Source: Octopus vulgaris
Lineage: Eukaryota
DNA: 64,000 nt
Assembly (NCBI GenBank): GCA_951406725.2
Contig: OX597815.1
Coordinates: 203,422,001 to 203,486,000 of the forward strand
Direction of reading: 5' to 3'
This document shows positions 40,393 to 52,457 of the stretch, in pieces. Made by a program: the position numbers and the translations under genes. The notes under the pieces are model-generated. The model saw only the letters and a list, made by a program, of their open reading frames with translations, was not told the DNA's origin and did no database searches. Each line of letters opens with the position of its first letter. Position 1 is the first letter of the stretch.

Positions 40393-40680
40393 CAGAAATA
40401 CTAAATTTATAAATCTCTCGTAGAGACATGTACGGTGATGGGGCGACAGAATGGTTGTATACTGTCAATCTAACACGAACGTGACAGTAGGGGGTACACC
40501 ACCGCTGTTTAGCCGTAGGAAGCATCGATGCCTCCTGATAGTTTTGACACATTTTTCCTGTGTCCTTATATACATTTACGAAGGGGAGACAAATACTCCC
40601 AGCCACCCGGGCTGCATCTAGGTCGTGTTTCAGGATGATTGTCCTTCGTCGGCCTAGAGTAGCAGACACTTTAAACAGAA
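40393..40680 (-). mobile_element. putative Penelope-like terminal-repeat remnant carrying a hammerhead-like motif
   Basis: Homologous to 46487-46686; hammerhead fold at 40611-40663. Confidence 0.6.
40611..40663 (-). ncRNA. type I minimal hammerhead ribozyme-like motif (degenerate cleavage site)
   Basis: TCTAGG-CCGACGA-AGGA caatca TCCT-GAAA-CACGA-CCTAGA. Confidence 0.6.
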
Positions 40681-41134
40681 CACATGGAATCTATTTTATA
40701 ATAAATGCTTACACAAGCATCAAATGTACCACCATGGAGGTAAAATATACTCAACACCATTTTCTTTTATCTTTCTCGCTAACTCATTTTCCTTTCTCTT
40801 CCAACAGGGGTATCCATGTATCTACTCCTCAGCAAGGCACATAGATTTGTCCTTTCTAAATCTTAAATCTCTGAAATGACACAAAGCCACACCCACTCAA
40901 TATCACTTCCCCCTCCCAGCTGAGGGGGTTTTATCTAGCAAGATATTTAGTGACCCTGTCAGTGCTGATGCCACATAAAAAGCACTGGTGCTGATGCCAA
41001 GGAAAAAGCATAGAAAACAGCTATTAAATGATGACGAATCTCACAGAGTTATTGCTTAGAAGCAAATCAACCTGGATTTTGAAAGTTTACATTATAACTA
41101 TATGTTTTGTTTTTTTTTGTCTAATGCCAGTATC

Positions 41135-41358
41135 TATTTCTTTACTACCCACAAGGGGCTAAACAGAGAGGACAAACAAGGACAGACAAACGGATTAAGT
41201 CGATTATATCGACCCCAGTGCGTAACTGGTACTTATTTAATCGACCCTGAAAGGATGAAAGGCAAAGTCGACCTCGGCGGAATTTGAACTCAGAACGTAA
41301 CGGCAGATGAAGAACCGTTAAGCATTTCACCGGCGTGCTAACGTTTCTGCCAGCTCGC
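41135..41358 (-). mobile_element. SINE family C
   Basis: 17-bp target duplication TGTCTAATGCCAGTATC. Confidence 0.85.
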
Positions 41359-42000
41359 TGTCTAATGCCAGTATCGTGTACCTGACACCCATGTAGGTGA
41401 CATGTAAAAAGTACCCTTTGAACTTTGGGCTTCACAGAGGCAGTGACAAGTGACCAAGAGCTTTGGCAATGAACCATGCTTGAGGAAACCTGTCAAGCCA
41501 AGTGAGATCGTAGTCATGGCCAGTGCTGGTGTTTCGTAACTGGCACTCATGCCAGTGGCATGTAAAATGCACCGACTACACTCTTGGAGTGGTTTGCATT
41601 AGGAAGGGCATCCAGCAGTACAAACTATGCCAAGCTGGATTAAAACTTGGTGCAGTTCCCCAGCTTACCAGTTTTCAGTCAAACCGTCAAACCCATGCTA
41701 GCATGAAAAACAAACTGATGATGATATGACAGTGTAACCAAAACTACATAACTCAATGTGACAATTTCTTCAAAAAGACATTAGGATGTGATTGGAGAGA
41801 GATTTCCTTTCTATTTCAGGCAAGTCAAGCAACATACTGAGAAAAACGAATCTTTAAATATATAAATATGCAACTTATATGAAATTACAGTTTTGGTCTT
41901 AAGGATTTTCAATTGGGGTTTTTAGAAGTTTCATCAGTAAAATTCAGATTTGAATGCAGGCAAAAATTCATCTGTGGACACAAGTTCCAAGTCTTTATAA

Positions 42001-42322
42001 TAATAATAATAATAATGAAATTATTGTATACGGTGCTCAGGTGCACCACAACTTGTCAAAAGTGCATATAAAGTATATGCAGTAATGTAAAAATGTCTGG
42101 AAAGCGAACAATGTATGAGTCAGATACATGCTTGTGTGTGTATGGAGGGGAGAAAATCAGGTGTAGTGTTGGCGAATCTCAGGAAGCATGGAAGTTTTAA
42201 AGGATGCAATGCTCCGACAACTAACAACTGATGCCAGCAGTTTGTTTCATGCTTCAGCAACTCTCAGCGTGAAAAAAATGCTTCCTGAAGTCATGGGAGC
42301 TGTGCTGTTTTCTGACTTTGTA
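42001..42322 (-). mobile_element. CR1-type LINE 3' end with (TTA)n tail; copies at 47992-48295(-) and 60908-61160(+)
   Basis: Copies translate approximately HDFRKHFFTLRVAEAWNKLPASVVSCRSTASFKTSML; shared 3'UTR. Confidence 0.82.
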
Positions 42323-42767
42323 AATCAAAGTATTCAAATCCTTGGCCTTGTTAATGCAAGTGAAGGCAAGACTACATAAGTTCATGTATGAGCAAGTCTA
42401 CAGAAGTGAGTGAGAGTCCAGATGAGAGCAAGTTTCTTTGAGTATGCAGGTCTCAGTGTACAAGGCAGTCACCACAAATGATGCTATAATTTAATTATAC
42501 TTCAGACTGAAGGATTAGATTTCTCTCATCGTAAGTCACCTTAGAATGACATATATCACATGCTCTCACAAGTGTTTAAAAGCTGGTTTAGCTACATAGT
42601 ATTTACTTGCTTCACATGGTGGCAATCACCCCTCAGAGTTTAAATAAAATATATGCTAGAAATATACTAGTAGTCAACTATATACCTTTATAGCAACAAA
42701 ATTGGAAATGACTACCTTTCTAATATAAGGCTCACCTAATGAGAGAGTAATCATGTGACATATAGAG

Positions 42768-42913
42768 AATACCAAACGAGTTCCCTATGGATACCGTATT
42801 TATTACAACGAGTGGCTTGTAAACGTATATCTAACTCGCTTTCGCTCATTAGATACGTTTACAAGCCACTCGTTGTAATAAATACGGTATCCATAGGGAA
42901 TGAGTTTGGTATT
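42768..42913. repeat. long palindrome (perfect 48-bp core stem, arms about 65 bp)
   Basis: 42781-42828 is the exact reverse complement of 42853-42900. Confidence 0.95.
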
Positions 42914-43825
42914 TTATTTATTACACACGAATAAACGACCATATTTTATTAACCCAATAAAACTAAATTCTTCACATCGTGTTGAAGCGCGCATGAATAC
43001 AGCTTGATTTCACGTCAGTGACGTCACAATGTGTAACTGTAAAAGATGTTATGCCGCAGGAAGATAGTCTGACTTTATAGCGCTAAGTTTTCAGGTGAAA
43101 TGACTGATAACTGATGACTGTTTAACATTTTGTTAACATTTAGGTTCACGTTCAAGAAATACATAACACAGATTGAAAGTTTAGTTGTAACTTATGAATG
43201 ACAAAAGTAGTGCCGTCACCGTGACCTCGGGTTATCACCATGGATTGACCAATCAGAAGCAGTGCTTGCAGTATCTGACATATGTTAGATACCAAAAATA
43301 TCTCAAAGTGTTCTCACTCACATGTGTGTAATAAGCGCATATTATGTTGAAATATATAAGATTTGCAGCCACAGGTAATTCTCAAACACAAAACGTCTTG
43401 GAACACAATCACAAAACAACCATTAGCAAACCACATATAGCAGAGCTGAGGAAAACTACAAAACAGCAACCAATCAGCTATATATGAGCTTCACAACACA
43501 CCTGTAAACCACTTACAAACAAGCCTTAAGGCACAGCTACATACCAACAATAGGCAACCCTTGCACACAGAGACCAAAAACAGGTAACTAACACTGCTAT
43601 AAACCAACAACAGGCTAGCATAACACCAATGACCAACCAACCAACCAACTGTAATAAATCTCACACCACAGCTACTGACAGACCAATTATAGGCCAGGAC
43701 CCACAACCACAGCATCTGAACAAAATTAACAAATCAAGTATAAGCAAACCTCACACCAAGATAGTCAATCAATCATGAAAAATTTCACATACTATAATCC
43801 AAAAAAATAATTAACAAAATACTAC

Positions 43826-43915
43826 CTTAGAAGTGGTCAAAAGCATCATACTGTTCTTCTTTAGCACAGCACGAGCAGCAGCCAAGTCGTCTCTACGCCG
43901 TGGGTCTTTTAAATC
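43826..43915 (-). CDS. CTNNA: alpha-catenin coding exon 5 (90 nt): DLKDPRRRDDLAAARAVLKKNSMMLLTTSK
   Basis: TTTTTTAAG acceptor and AAG|GTAGT donor; in frame. Confidence 0.94.
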
Positions 43916-44957
43916 CTTAAAAAATATAAACAATATCGTTATAGTGAAGTCATTTTTAGTGTGGATGTTTAAATAATGCAAATTCAGTCTAGAAGACATG
44001 AGCACTTTCAGACAAATATACACAAGATGGACTTTTAGATTCTGCCAGTCAAATTCACTCACAACCGATTCAACAATAAAGAGAATATAATATATTCAAA
44101 CTGTCCCATAGGATTAATCACTACATGTGAGAGGGTGCATTATTGGTCTCAGTCATAGTATATCTGGAACAACGGATCTGTGGGTAACAGTAGTTTGACT
44201 GACAACCTATGTACTAAGTTAAATCAGAGCTGATCTAGGATAGCACAATATTTATAAAATTCCATGTCAACACAACAAATTGTAATAAAACATTAGCAAG
44301 AAGCAAATGCAGACACTTTTCATTAGTAATTTTTCCACGAGATGAAGTGACAACTAACAGCCTCTCTCTCTTCTGTGCCGGTGGCATGTAAAAAGCACCA
44401 ACCGATCATGGCCACTGCCAGACTCCCCTGGCACGTAAAAAGCGCCCACTACACTCACGGAGTGGTTGGCGTTAGGAAGGGCATCCAGCTGTAGAAACAC
44501 TACTAGATCAGACTGGAGCCTGGTGCAGCCACCTGGCTTCCCAGACCCCGGTCAAACCGTCCAACCCGTGCTAGCACGGAAAACGGATGTTAAATGGTGA
44601 TGATGATGAATATCCATAAATCAAACATTATATCCACAGTGAAGTCAAGAAAGTTTTCTCCTTCCAACCTTTCAGTTATTTAATACTATTGTCAAGCCAA
44701 TGAAGTTGCTGTGTACTTGCTTGACTGGGTAGAAATAGCAGCCAAATCTTTCAGTCATATCCTATTACCTTAAAAACTGAAAATACATCAGAATATGTCA
44801 CCCTAGAAGCCCTGTGTGAAATACAGGTAAGCTGGTCATGACTTGACTTGCCATCAATGACAGGTGTACTGGATTAAGGCTTGCCATGTTACAAGAACAA
44901 GTGTAAAATATAAAAGTGCAGTACGATTGACAAAGTTTCAGAAGTGAATATACTCAC

Positions 44958-45077
44958 AGCTTGTCTTTTAGCTGCCCTGTCTGACAGCTGTTGGACACTT
45001 TTCCCAAAGTCATCAAAACTTGCTAAAAGTTCATGTTGACTGCTGGCATTCTTTATACGATCCAAATCATTTTCAAC
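44958..45077 (-). CDS. CTNNA: alpha-catenin coding exon 4 (120 nt): VENDLDRIKNASSQHELLASFDDFGKSVQQLSDRAAKRQA
   Basis: CCCAG acceptor and GTGAGT donor; in frame. Confidence 0.94.
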
Positions 45078-46486
45078 CTGGGTTAAAATAAGACAAGTGT
45101 TAAAAGATATTTGTTTCAAACTTTTGATAAATAATTTTTATATATTTACAAAAGAGGTTGATTTCTAAATTTTATTTCCCTTTCCTAAGAACATGAACAA
45201 CAGAAAATAAGTGAAGGAAAATAATTCAAGCAGGCCACTGGTATGATTTTAAATGAATAAATTAAAGGGTAATGCACTGAATAATGTTAAAAATTAACAA
45301 TTGAATTTTCCACATTGTTGGGTTGTTTTTTTTCTTTTAATCTTTTGTCAAGAGGTAAAGTAGTGCTCCTAACACTGCACAGAACTACAAGACTGGTGGG
45401 AGAGAGAATTAAGGGCACTTTCAAACCAGAGACTTGGTGTAAATGCTTTCAATAGAGTGTACTCAGCAAATGTACCCCAGGTGGTAGACAATCCAGGTGA
45501 TGGATTAAATCTACTCCCAAGCAGGCCACACAACTGGAAAAAATACCCCAAGACAACCAGTCCAAAGGGTTTTAGTTTCACCAATTCACTCCCCCGGATA
45601 GGTATTTTTAATTTACATCTGAAGGGATAAAAAGCAAAGTTGACCGTGGCAAGGTTTGAACTTAGAATACATAGCATCAGTGAGGCATTCTACCTTATGT
45701 TCTAATGACATTTCGAGAAAGAAACCAAAAACTTTAGCAGCAATTGTTTGCAACTCTCACAGAAAAAGAGAGAATATTAAGAATACATTTCACAAAATTA
45801 CCTAGGGATTAAGAAACTATTTTATCTTTGTTTACTAGCAAGAGGACAGTTATATTCACATTTGTGTCATGTGGGACTTCCTCAGTACAGTAGGTCTCTT
45901 GTCTTTGATCAACAGAAAAATATTTGCACATGGAGAAAAACAGAAATACATATAGAAACAAGTATGGAGGTGTTAGAGAAGTCCACTTTCTGACCATGTG
46001 GTTCAGGATTCCATTTTACAATGCGGGTATGGCTGTGTGGTTAGGGAGCTTGCTTCCTAACTACATGGTTTCGGGTTCAGTCCCACTGCATGGCACTTTG
46101 GGTAGGTGCTTTCCACTATAGCCCCGAGCCGACAGGAGCTTTGTGATTGAATTCAGTAGGTGGAAGTTACTGCCGTGTGTGTATGTGTGCGTATAGCTGC
46201 TCAGTGCCTCTCCGAAAGAGAGAGAGGGAATGCAACACCTTGGGCAATATCTTCTACTGCACCCATAGATCTGACTTAGTAACACACTGAGCATTGTTCA
46301 CGAAAAAAAAAATTGTTTTAAAAATCAACAGCTTAAGAATGTAAGGAGTTCAATATCAGAACCAAAGCTTCATGACAAGTGTCAATGCTTATAGAGGTAT
46401 TAATAACTGATAGAGAAAAAACACTAAAATCTGAGGCATTTTTATATATCTAAGCAAATTTGATTTAATATTATTAAAAGAAAATT

Positions 46487-46821
46487 AGAAATATTAAATT
46501 TCTAAATATCTCATAGAGACATGAGTGGTGGTGGAGCGATAGAGTGGTTGCATACTGTCGACTTAATGTGACAGTCCTGTAAGGGAATTACACCACCGCT
46601 GTTTAGCCCTAGGAAGCATCGACGCTTCCTATCGGCCTTGATACATTTCCTGTGTCCTTATATATTTACGAAGGGGAGACAAATACCTCCTTCGTAAATA
46701 TATAAGGACACAGGAAATGTGTCAAAGCCGACAGGAAGCGTTGATGATTCCTAGGGCTGAACAGCGGTGGTGTAATTCCCTTACGGGACTGCCATGTTAA
46801 GTTGACAGTATGCAACCACTC
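46487..46821 (-). mobile_element. fold-back copy of the 40393-40680 element (inverted arms of about 135 bp) with a 12-bp target duplication
   Basis: Arms at about 46540-46674 and 46689-46823; duplication TAAAAGAAAATT at 46475-46486 and 46822-46833. Confidence 0.85.
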
Positions 46822-46913
46822 TAAAAGAAAATTGTTTTCTTTTTATTAAAAGAATAAATGTTTTTAGTAATTTAGCTATTAAAACAAGTTATTGAAAAAT
46901 GCATATCCAAATA

Positions 46914-47141
46914 TATTTCTTTATTGCCCACAAGGGGCTAAACATAGAGGGGACAAACAAAGACAGACAAAGGGATTAAGTCAACTACATCGACCCCAGT
47001 GCGCAACTGGTACTTTATCAACCCCGAAAAGATGAAAGGCAAAGTTGACCTCGGCGGTGTTTGAACCCAGAACGTAATGACAGACGAAATACTACTGAGC
47101 ATTTCGCCCGGCGTGCTAACGTTTCTGCCAGCTCACCGCTT
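46914..47141 (-). mobile_element. SINE family C
   Basis: 14-bp target duplication TGCATATCCAAATA. Confidence 0.87.
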
Positions 47142-47805
47142 TGCATATCCAAATAGTTTAGCATTACTGGAGGTTAAGATAAAAAATGTATCAGTGTAGC
47201 TATATAGATCGCATGTTAATATTAGACAGTGGACTGACAGAATCATTAGAGCCTCAAACAAAATGCTTGCAGTATTCAGTTATTTACATTCTAAGTTCAA
47301 ACTACCCAGAGGTTATCCTCACATATCATCCTTTTTGGATCAGTATAATTAAATACCAGCCAAATAAAGAGTTTACTATAAAACATACTAGATGGGAAAG
47401 TTATCATAATAATGACTATTTGTATTGGTTAATCCATTTTTTTCCCCCACTGCAGTGTCAGGTTCCTCAAGAAAAGCTAAACTTGGTACCTGAGAGAAGA
47501 TTTGGTGCAGGACAGTACAACCTAATTTCATTGATAAAGATGGTGGTAAGACCCAACATACAAGCAAAAACCTGGTTAAATGACAAGGAGCAGTCAATAT
47601 TTAATAATGCATTAGGGATAAAGAGGACTAGCAGATTTTAAAATGTATGTGCAATCATATTTTTATGCCTGTTTTTCAGACAAGTTGGATGGGTCCCTCC
47701 TTAAAATGTTTTGCCACAGTCTTTTGATATCTTTGAGAGATCCAACATACTGAGATGAAATTTCATTTTTATATGGAAAAAATTAAACAGGAAATTTAGA
47801 CTTAC

Positions 47806-47972
47806 ATTATGTAAAGTCTTCAGAAGATGATTCACATCAGACATATCTGCCAAGATTAGAAGACGAGTCACTGCTGAGAGAAGTCCTCTAGCTGCTAGAA
47901 CCATAGCACTTCGTTTGGCGGAAGAACAAGGATCATTAGCAAATTCTTGAGAGGCTCTTCCCATTTCATCAC
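47806..47972 (-). CDS. CTNNA: alpha-catenin coding exon 3 (167 nt): (G)DEMGRASQEFANDPCSSAKRSAMVLAARGLLSAVTRLLILADMSDVNHLLKTLHN
   Basis: TTCTAG acceptor and GTAAGT donor; LLSAVTRLLILADM motif. Confidence 0.97.
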
Positions 47973-48851
47973 CTAGAATGGAAATCATAAAAATAATAAT
48001 AATAATGAAATTATTGTATATAGTGCTCAGGTGCACCACAACTTGTCAAAAGTGCATATAAAGTATATGCAGTAATGTACAAATGTCTGGAAAGTGAACA
48101 GTGTATGAGTCAGATACATGCTTGCATGTGTATGGAGGGGACAAAATCAGGTGTAGTGTTGGCGAATCTCGGGAAGCCTGGAAGTTTTGAAGGATGCAGT
48201 GCTCCGACAACTAGCAACTGATGCTGGCAGTTTGTTCCATGCTTCAGCAACTCTTAGCATGAAAAAATGTTTCCGAAAGTCATGGGAGCTGTGCTATGAT
48301 ATCTAATGAAGATAACTCATAAAATATCAATGCAAGGAAAAGTAATCTAGATCCAATAAACTAGAAATGGTTCAATTACCATTTTGCTATGGACAATGTA
48401 ATGCATAGAGATTCTAAAGTTTATTAAAACACAGAAGAATAAAAAATTAACATATGACATATCTACTATCAAACCAAATCAAATGTTTAGATTAATGGGC
48501 TTTTCTTTCTCCTCTCTCTATGAACAAACTTATAATCAGAAGCAGTTCAGCCATGACCATCCCATCATTTTTAGAACACTGTATATCTTATATATATATA
48601 TATATATATATATATTACACAACATTTTTAAGACAGGCTGCTATTTCTAACAAGTCTAGAAACCCATGTAAGGCTACAAACTCTGGTTGGTACACTTTCT
48701 ACAGATATATGAAAAGTATTTGGTCAAACAAAGAATTCATTTTGATTTTCAAGCTTTTAACTACACCATTGTTTATTGAGGGCAAAGAAAAGAAAACATT
48801 CAGCACTGAATTGTGTCAAGAGGAATTAGGCCACTACTTTTAGAATACCTA

Positions 48852-49059
48852 TTTCTTTACTACTCACAAGGGGCTAAACACAGAGAAGACAAACAAGGAC
48901 AGACAAACGGATTAAGTCGACTGGTACTTATTTAATCGACCCCGAAAGGATGAAAGGCAAAGTTGACCTCGGCGGAATTTGAACTCAGAACGTAGCGGCA
49001 GACGAAATACCACTGAGCATTTCGCCCGGCGCGCTAACGTTTCTGCCAGCTCGCCGCCT
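48852..49059 (-). mobile_element. SINE family C (small internal deletion)
   Basis: Head GGCGGCGAGCTGGCAGAAACGTTAGC, B-box-like GAGTTCAAATTC. Confidence 0.85.
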
Positions 49060-51313
49060 TACCTAATAGTTACATGGAAGACCACCATAGCATTTGAGTA
49101 AATGTTTGGCTTTCATCTTTCAGAAATATGTTTTACCGATACAAAATAATGCATTGTTGTATATAACATTTATATGGATATACAGCAGTTACCAAAAGGC
49201 CATATGCAAATGGACTAAATTATTTCTGGATCTATAAACAATGTACAAGTGATATAATTGAAGATTTAATACATCAAGAGCAAAATGAATGATAGATTTC
49301 ATAGAATTTATTAAACTTCAATTGAATAACACTTCAACATTATTTTATTAGACATGAAATAGTAATTTAATAATAGCTTATTAAACTAGTAGATAATTTG
49401 ATACTTTTGTCACTATCTTGTTAAGCCTTTGTCTGTTCAAAGAATTCATAAATTTGTCCTAAAGTTCAAGCTTGTTTTCAAACCTTTAGTTAGCCCTTAT
49501 TTCATGTTATCATCATCGTGGTTTAACGTCCCCTTTCCATGCTGCATTAGGCTCCAATCCAATTTGGCAATGTTTCTACAGCTGGATGCCCTTCCTAACA
49601 CCAGCCACTCCAAGAGTGTAGTGGGTGCTTTTACATACCACTGGCATAAGGGCCAATCAGGCGGTACTGGCATCAGCCACACTTGAATGGTACTTTTTAC
49701 ATGCCACTGGCACAGGAACAAGTCAGGCGGCACTGGCAATGACCACGCTCGTATGGTGCCTTTTACATCCCACTGGCATGGGAACCAGTCAAGTGGCACT
49801 AGCAATGATCATGTTTGAATGGTGCTTTTTACATGCTGCCGGCATAGGACCAATCAGGTAGCACTGGCATCAACCACACTCGAATAGTGCTTTTTACGTG
49901 CCATTGGCACAGGTACCATTCAGGTGATACAGTCATTGGCCGCCACAACTTGCCCCGACAGGTCTTTGAAAGCTCAGTTTATTGCCCAACGATTGAAGAG
50001 TACTCTTAAATGGGCTCTTATGCTGCACTGGCATAGGCCACGGTTACAGTCTCACTCCTGAATAATATAAAACTTTTCTAAATCCTATGCTACTCTGGTC
50101 ATTGAAAAAATTGGGAAAGTATATCATAGGACTCATGGAATACAGGAAAATATGTTCGTGCAATACACAGGATAGACAAACGATTAAGTCTGCTGAGGGC
50201 TACGCTTTACTGATGAGGTCTAAGACTGATGAGTTTTTGACTGAAATATATATTCAGAAGTGTCTTCCGTACTTACCAGAAAAAGTGAAAATAATAGTTA
50301 TTGACTAGTAGTCATTATCATCATCATTTAATATTCGTTGTCCATGCTGGCATGGGTTGGATGGTTTGAACAGGGCTGGCAAGCTGGAAGGCCGCACCAG
50401 ACTTAAATCTGATCTGGCATGGTTCCTATGACTGGAGGCCCTTCCTAACACCAACCACTGTGTGTAATGGGTGCTTTTACATGCCACTAGCACAGGTGCC
50501 ATTTGCATGACACCAGTATCTGCCACGACTGTGATTTTATTTGGCTTGGGTCTTCTCAAGCACAACATAATTCCAAAGGTCTTGGTCATTCGTCTTTGCC
50601 TCCATGAGGGCCACCATTCGAAACATTATTTCAGGGTTGCTTTTTTCAATTTTTTTTTTGATTCAAGTAGCAAATGTAACAAGTGAGTATTGGCAAAAGG
50701 AAGGGTATCAAACTATAGAAAATCTACCTCAACAAATTCCATCTGAACTGTGCAAGCATGGTAAAGTTGACATAAAAACAATGATGATGATTATGCTAAG
50801 TTCGAGTCTGACTGACATTAATCTGATAATATACTCCTCATAGCTTAGGCAGGCTTGGCTAGAAACACCTAATAAATAACATGATGGCTAAGAAGATGCT
50901 GATCAAGTAGTGGATATATATATGTTAATGATTCAGCTGTTGCACACCCACTATTACAGGCAGTTCATAATGAGGACAAGGATTCAAACTTAAAAAGACA
51001 CTGAGTACTAAAATGCCTTCTCCGACTCCCAGGGGATGCTGAACACAGAACTGCAAGGCAATGAACAACTTCTGAATATTACACACCTAACATGGATTAG
51101 GGTAACAAACTGTACTTCTACACCACCAATTTCCAGTTTGGTGGACTGGGCAATCTGAGAGTCACTTTTCTTGCCCATGGATTTGCAATGCTGCTGACAG
51201 AATAATTTACTAATGGCTTCAGAGTAAATTCTTTCAGAAGAAAAAGAGAAAAGGAAGAGAAAAAGTAATTGTATAAACCAAATGGAAGGAGGTTTTTAAA
51301 GCAGTATACATAC

Positions 51314-51503
51314 CAGTTTTGCGGACATCCTCTACAGCAAGCAACATGTCTTCTCGAATCTCAGGATTTTCTTCTGCGATCTCTTCACCACGTTCAATAA
51401 AGTTTTCCGTAGCTTTCTGCACAGCAGCACTGAGAACGTGGGCTTTTTTGGAATGTCCTTTCTTCTTTTTGACTGGACCTTTCTGACTGACCAGTGTTGT
51501 GAC
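51314..51503 (-). CDS. CTNNA: alpha-catenin coding exon 2 (190 nt): VTTLVSQKGPVKKKKGHSKKAHVLSAAVQKATENFIERGEEIAEENPEIREDMLLAVEDVRKT(G)
   Basis: TAG acceptor and G|GTATGT donor; N-terminal beta-catenin-binding region. Confidence 0.96.
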
Positions 51504-52103
51504 CTACGCCAAAATTAAATATATTTTAAGTTTGAAATTATCAGCTCATCAGTCAGAAATCATCCAAAGAATGTATTTTAAAAGTTTAAACAAAATGTGT
51601 ATATTTCAAGGATCAAATTTATGTTTAATTTAAAATGTAATTAAAATTTCTTACCAAACAGCAGTGTGACAAAGATTAAAACAAAAAAAGCAGGAGTTCT
51701 CTTAAGTGTTGATATCTGTTGGTCTTTGAGGGCATCAAGACAAGTCATAAAACTATTGGCCAGTTGGTTGAAAGTTTAACAAATCAATAATGTATAGTGT
51801 TCAAAATAAAGACACTTAACTTTTTATGACCCATTCATGTTAGTTTTAAAGTATTTTGGGAAGTACAATTTCTTGCAATACCGTATGAATTGGTAGGATT
51901 TAAAAAAAAAAATTTCAAATGATATACTGCACTAGAGCAAAGATAGTTGTCCACTTTACAAACCAACTGTAGTACACCAAACTTTAAATAGTATTTTGGG
52001 GGGAAAAACAAAAACAGTACAAACTATTCCACTTAAGAATTACTTACCATCGCTTCAAAACAATGAGAAAAAGAGGTAAATTAATAAATCATTTTTGTAT
52101 TCT

Positions 52104-52457
52104 CTTACTTGTTTCAGTCATTTGAATCAAATTTAAGAATTTCAAATCAAATGAACTGATTCCTGTATTTACTTTTTTTAAGCCTGGTACTTATTCTATC
52201 GGTGTCTTTTGCCAAACTGCTAAGTTAAAGGGACATAAACATGCCAACACCAGATATCTAGTATTCATGGTGGTGGGGACAAAGACACACGTTTACAATG
52301 AGCTTCTTTCAGTTTCTGTCAACCAAATCCTCTCACAAGGCTTTGACTGCCCCAAAGCTATAGTAGAAGACATTTGTCCATGGTTCCACATAGTGGGACT
52401 GAAACCAGAACCATGTGATTGAGAAGCTAACTTCTTATCACACTGCTACACCTGCAC
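52104..52457 (-). mobile_element. diverged SINE family A copy
   Basis: Collinear similarity to the other copies. Confidence 0.75.

Noticed and set aside
49620-49920. CRISPR-like array of a constant TGGTGCTTTTTACATGCCAC repeat with spacers
   Set aside because: The spacers are homologous to each other, the array is part of an RTE 3'UTR, the context is eukaryotic and there are no cas genes.
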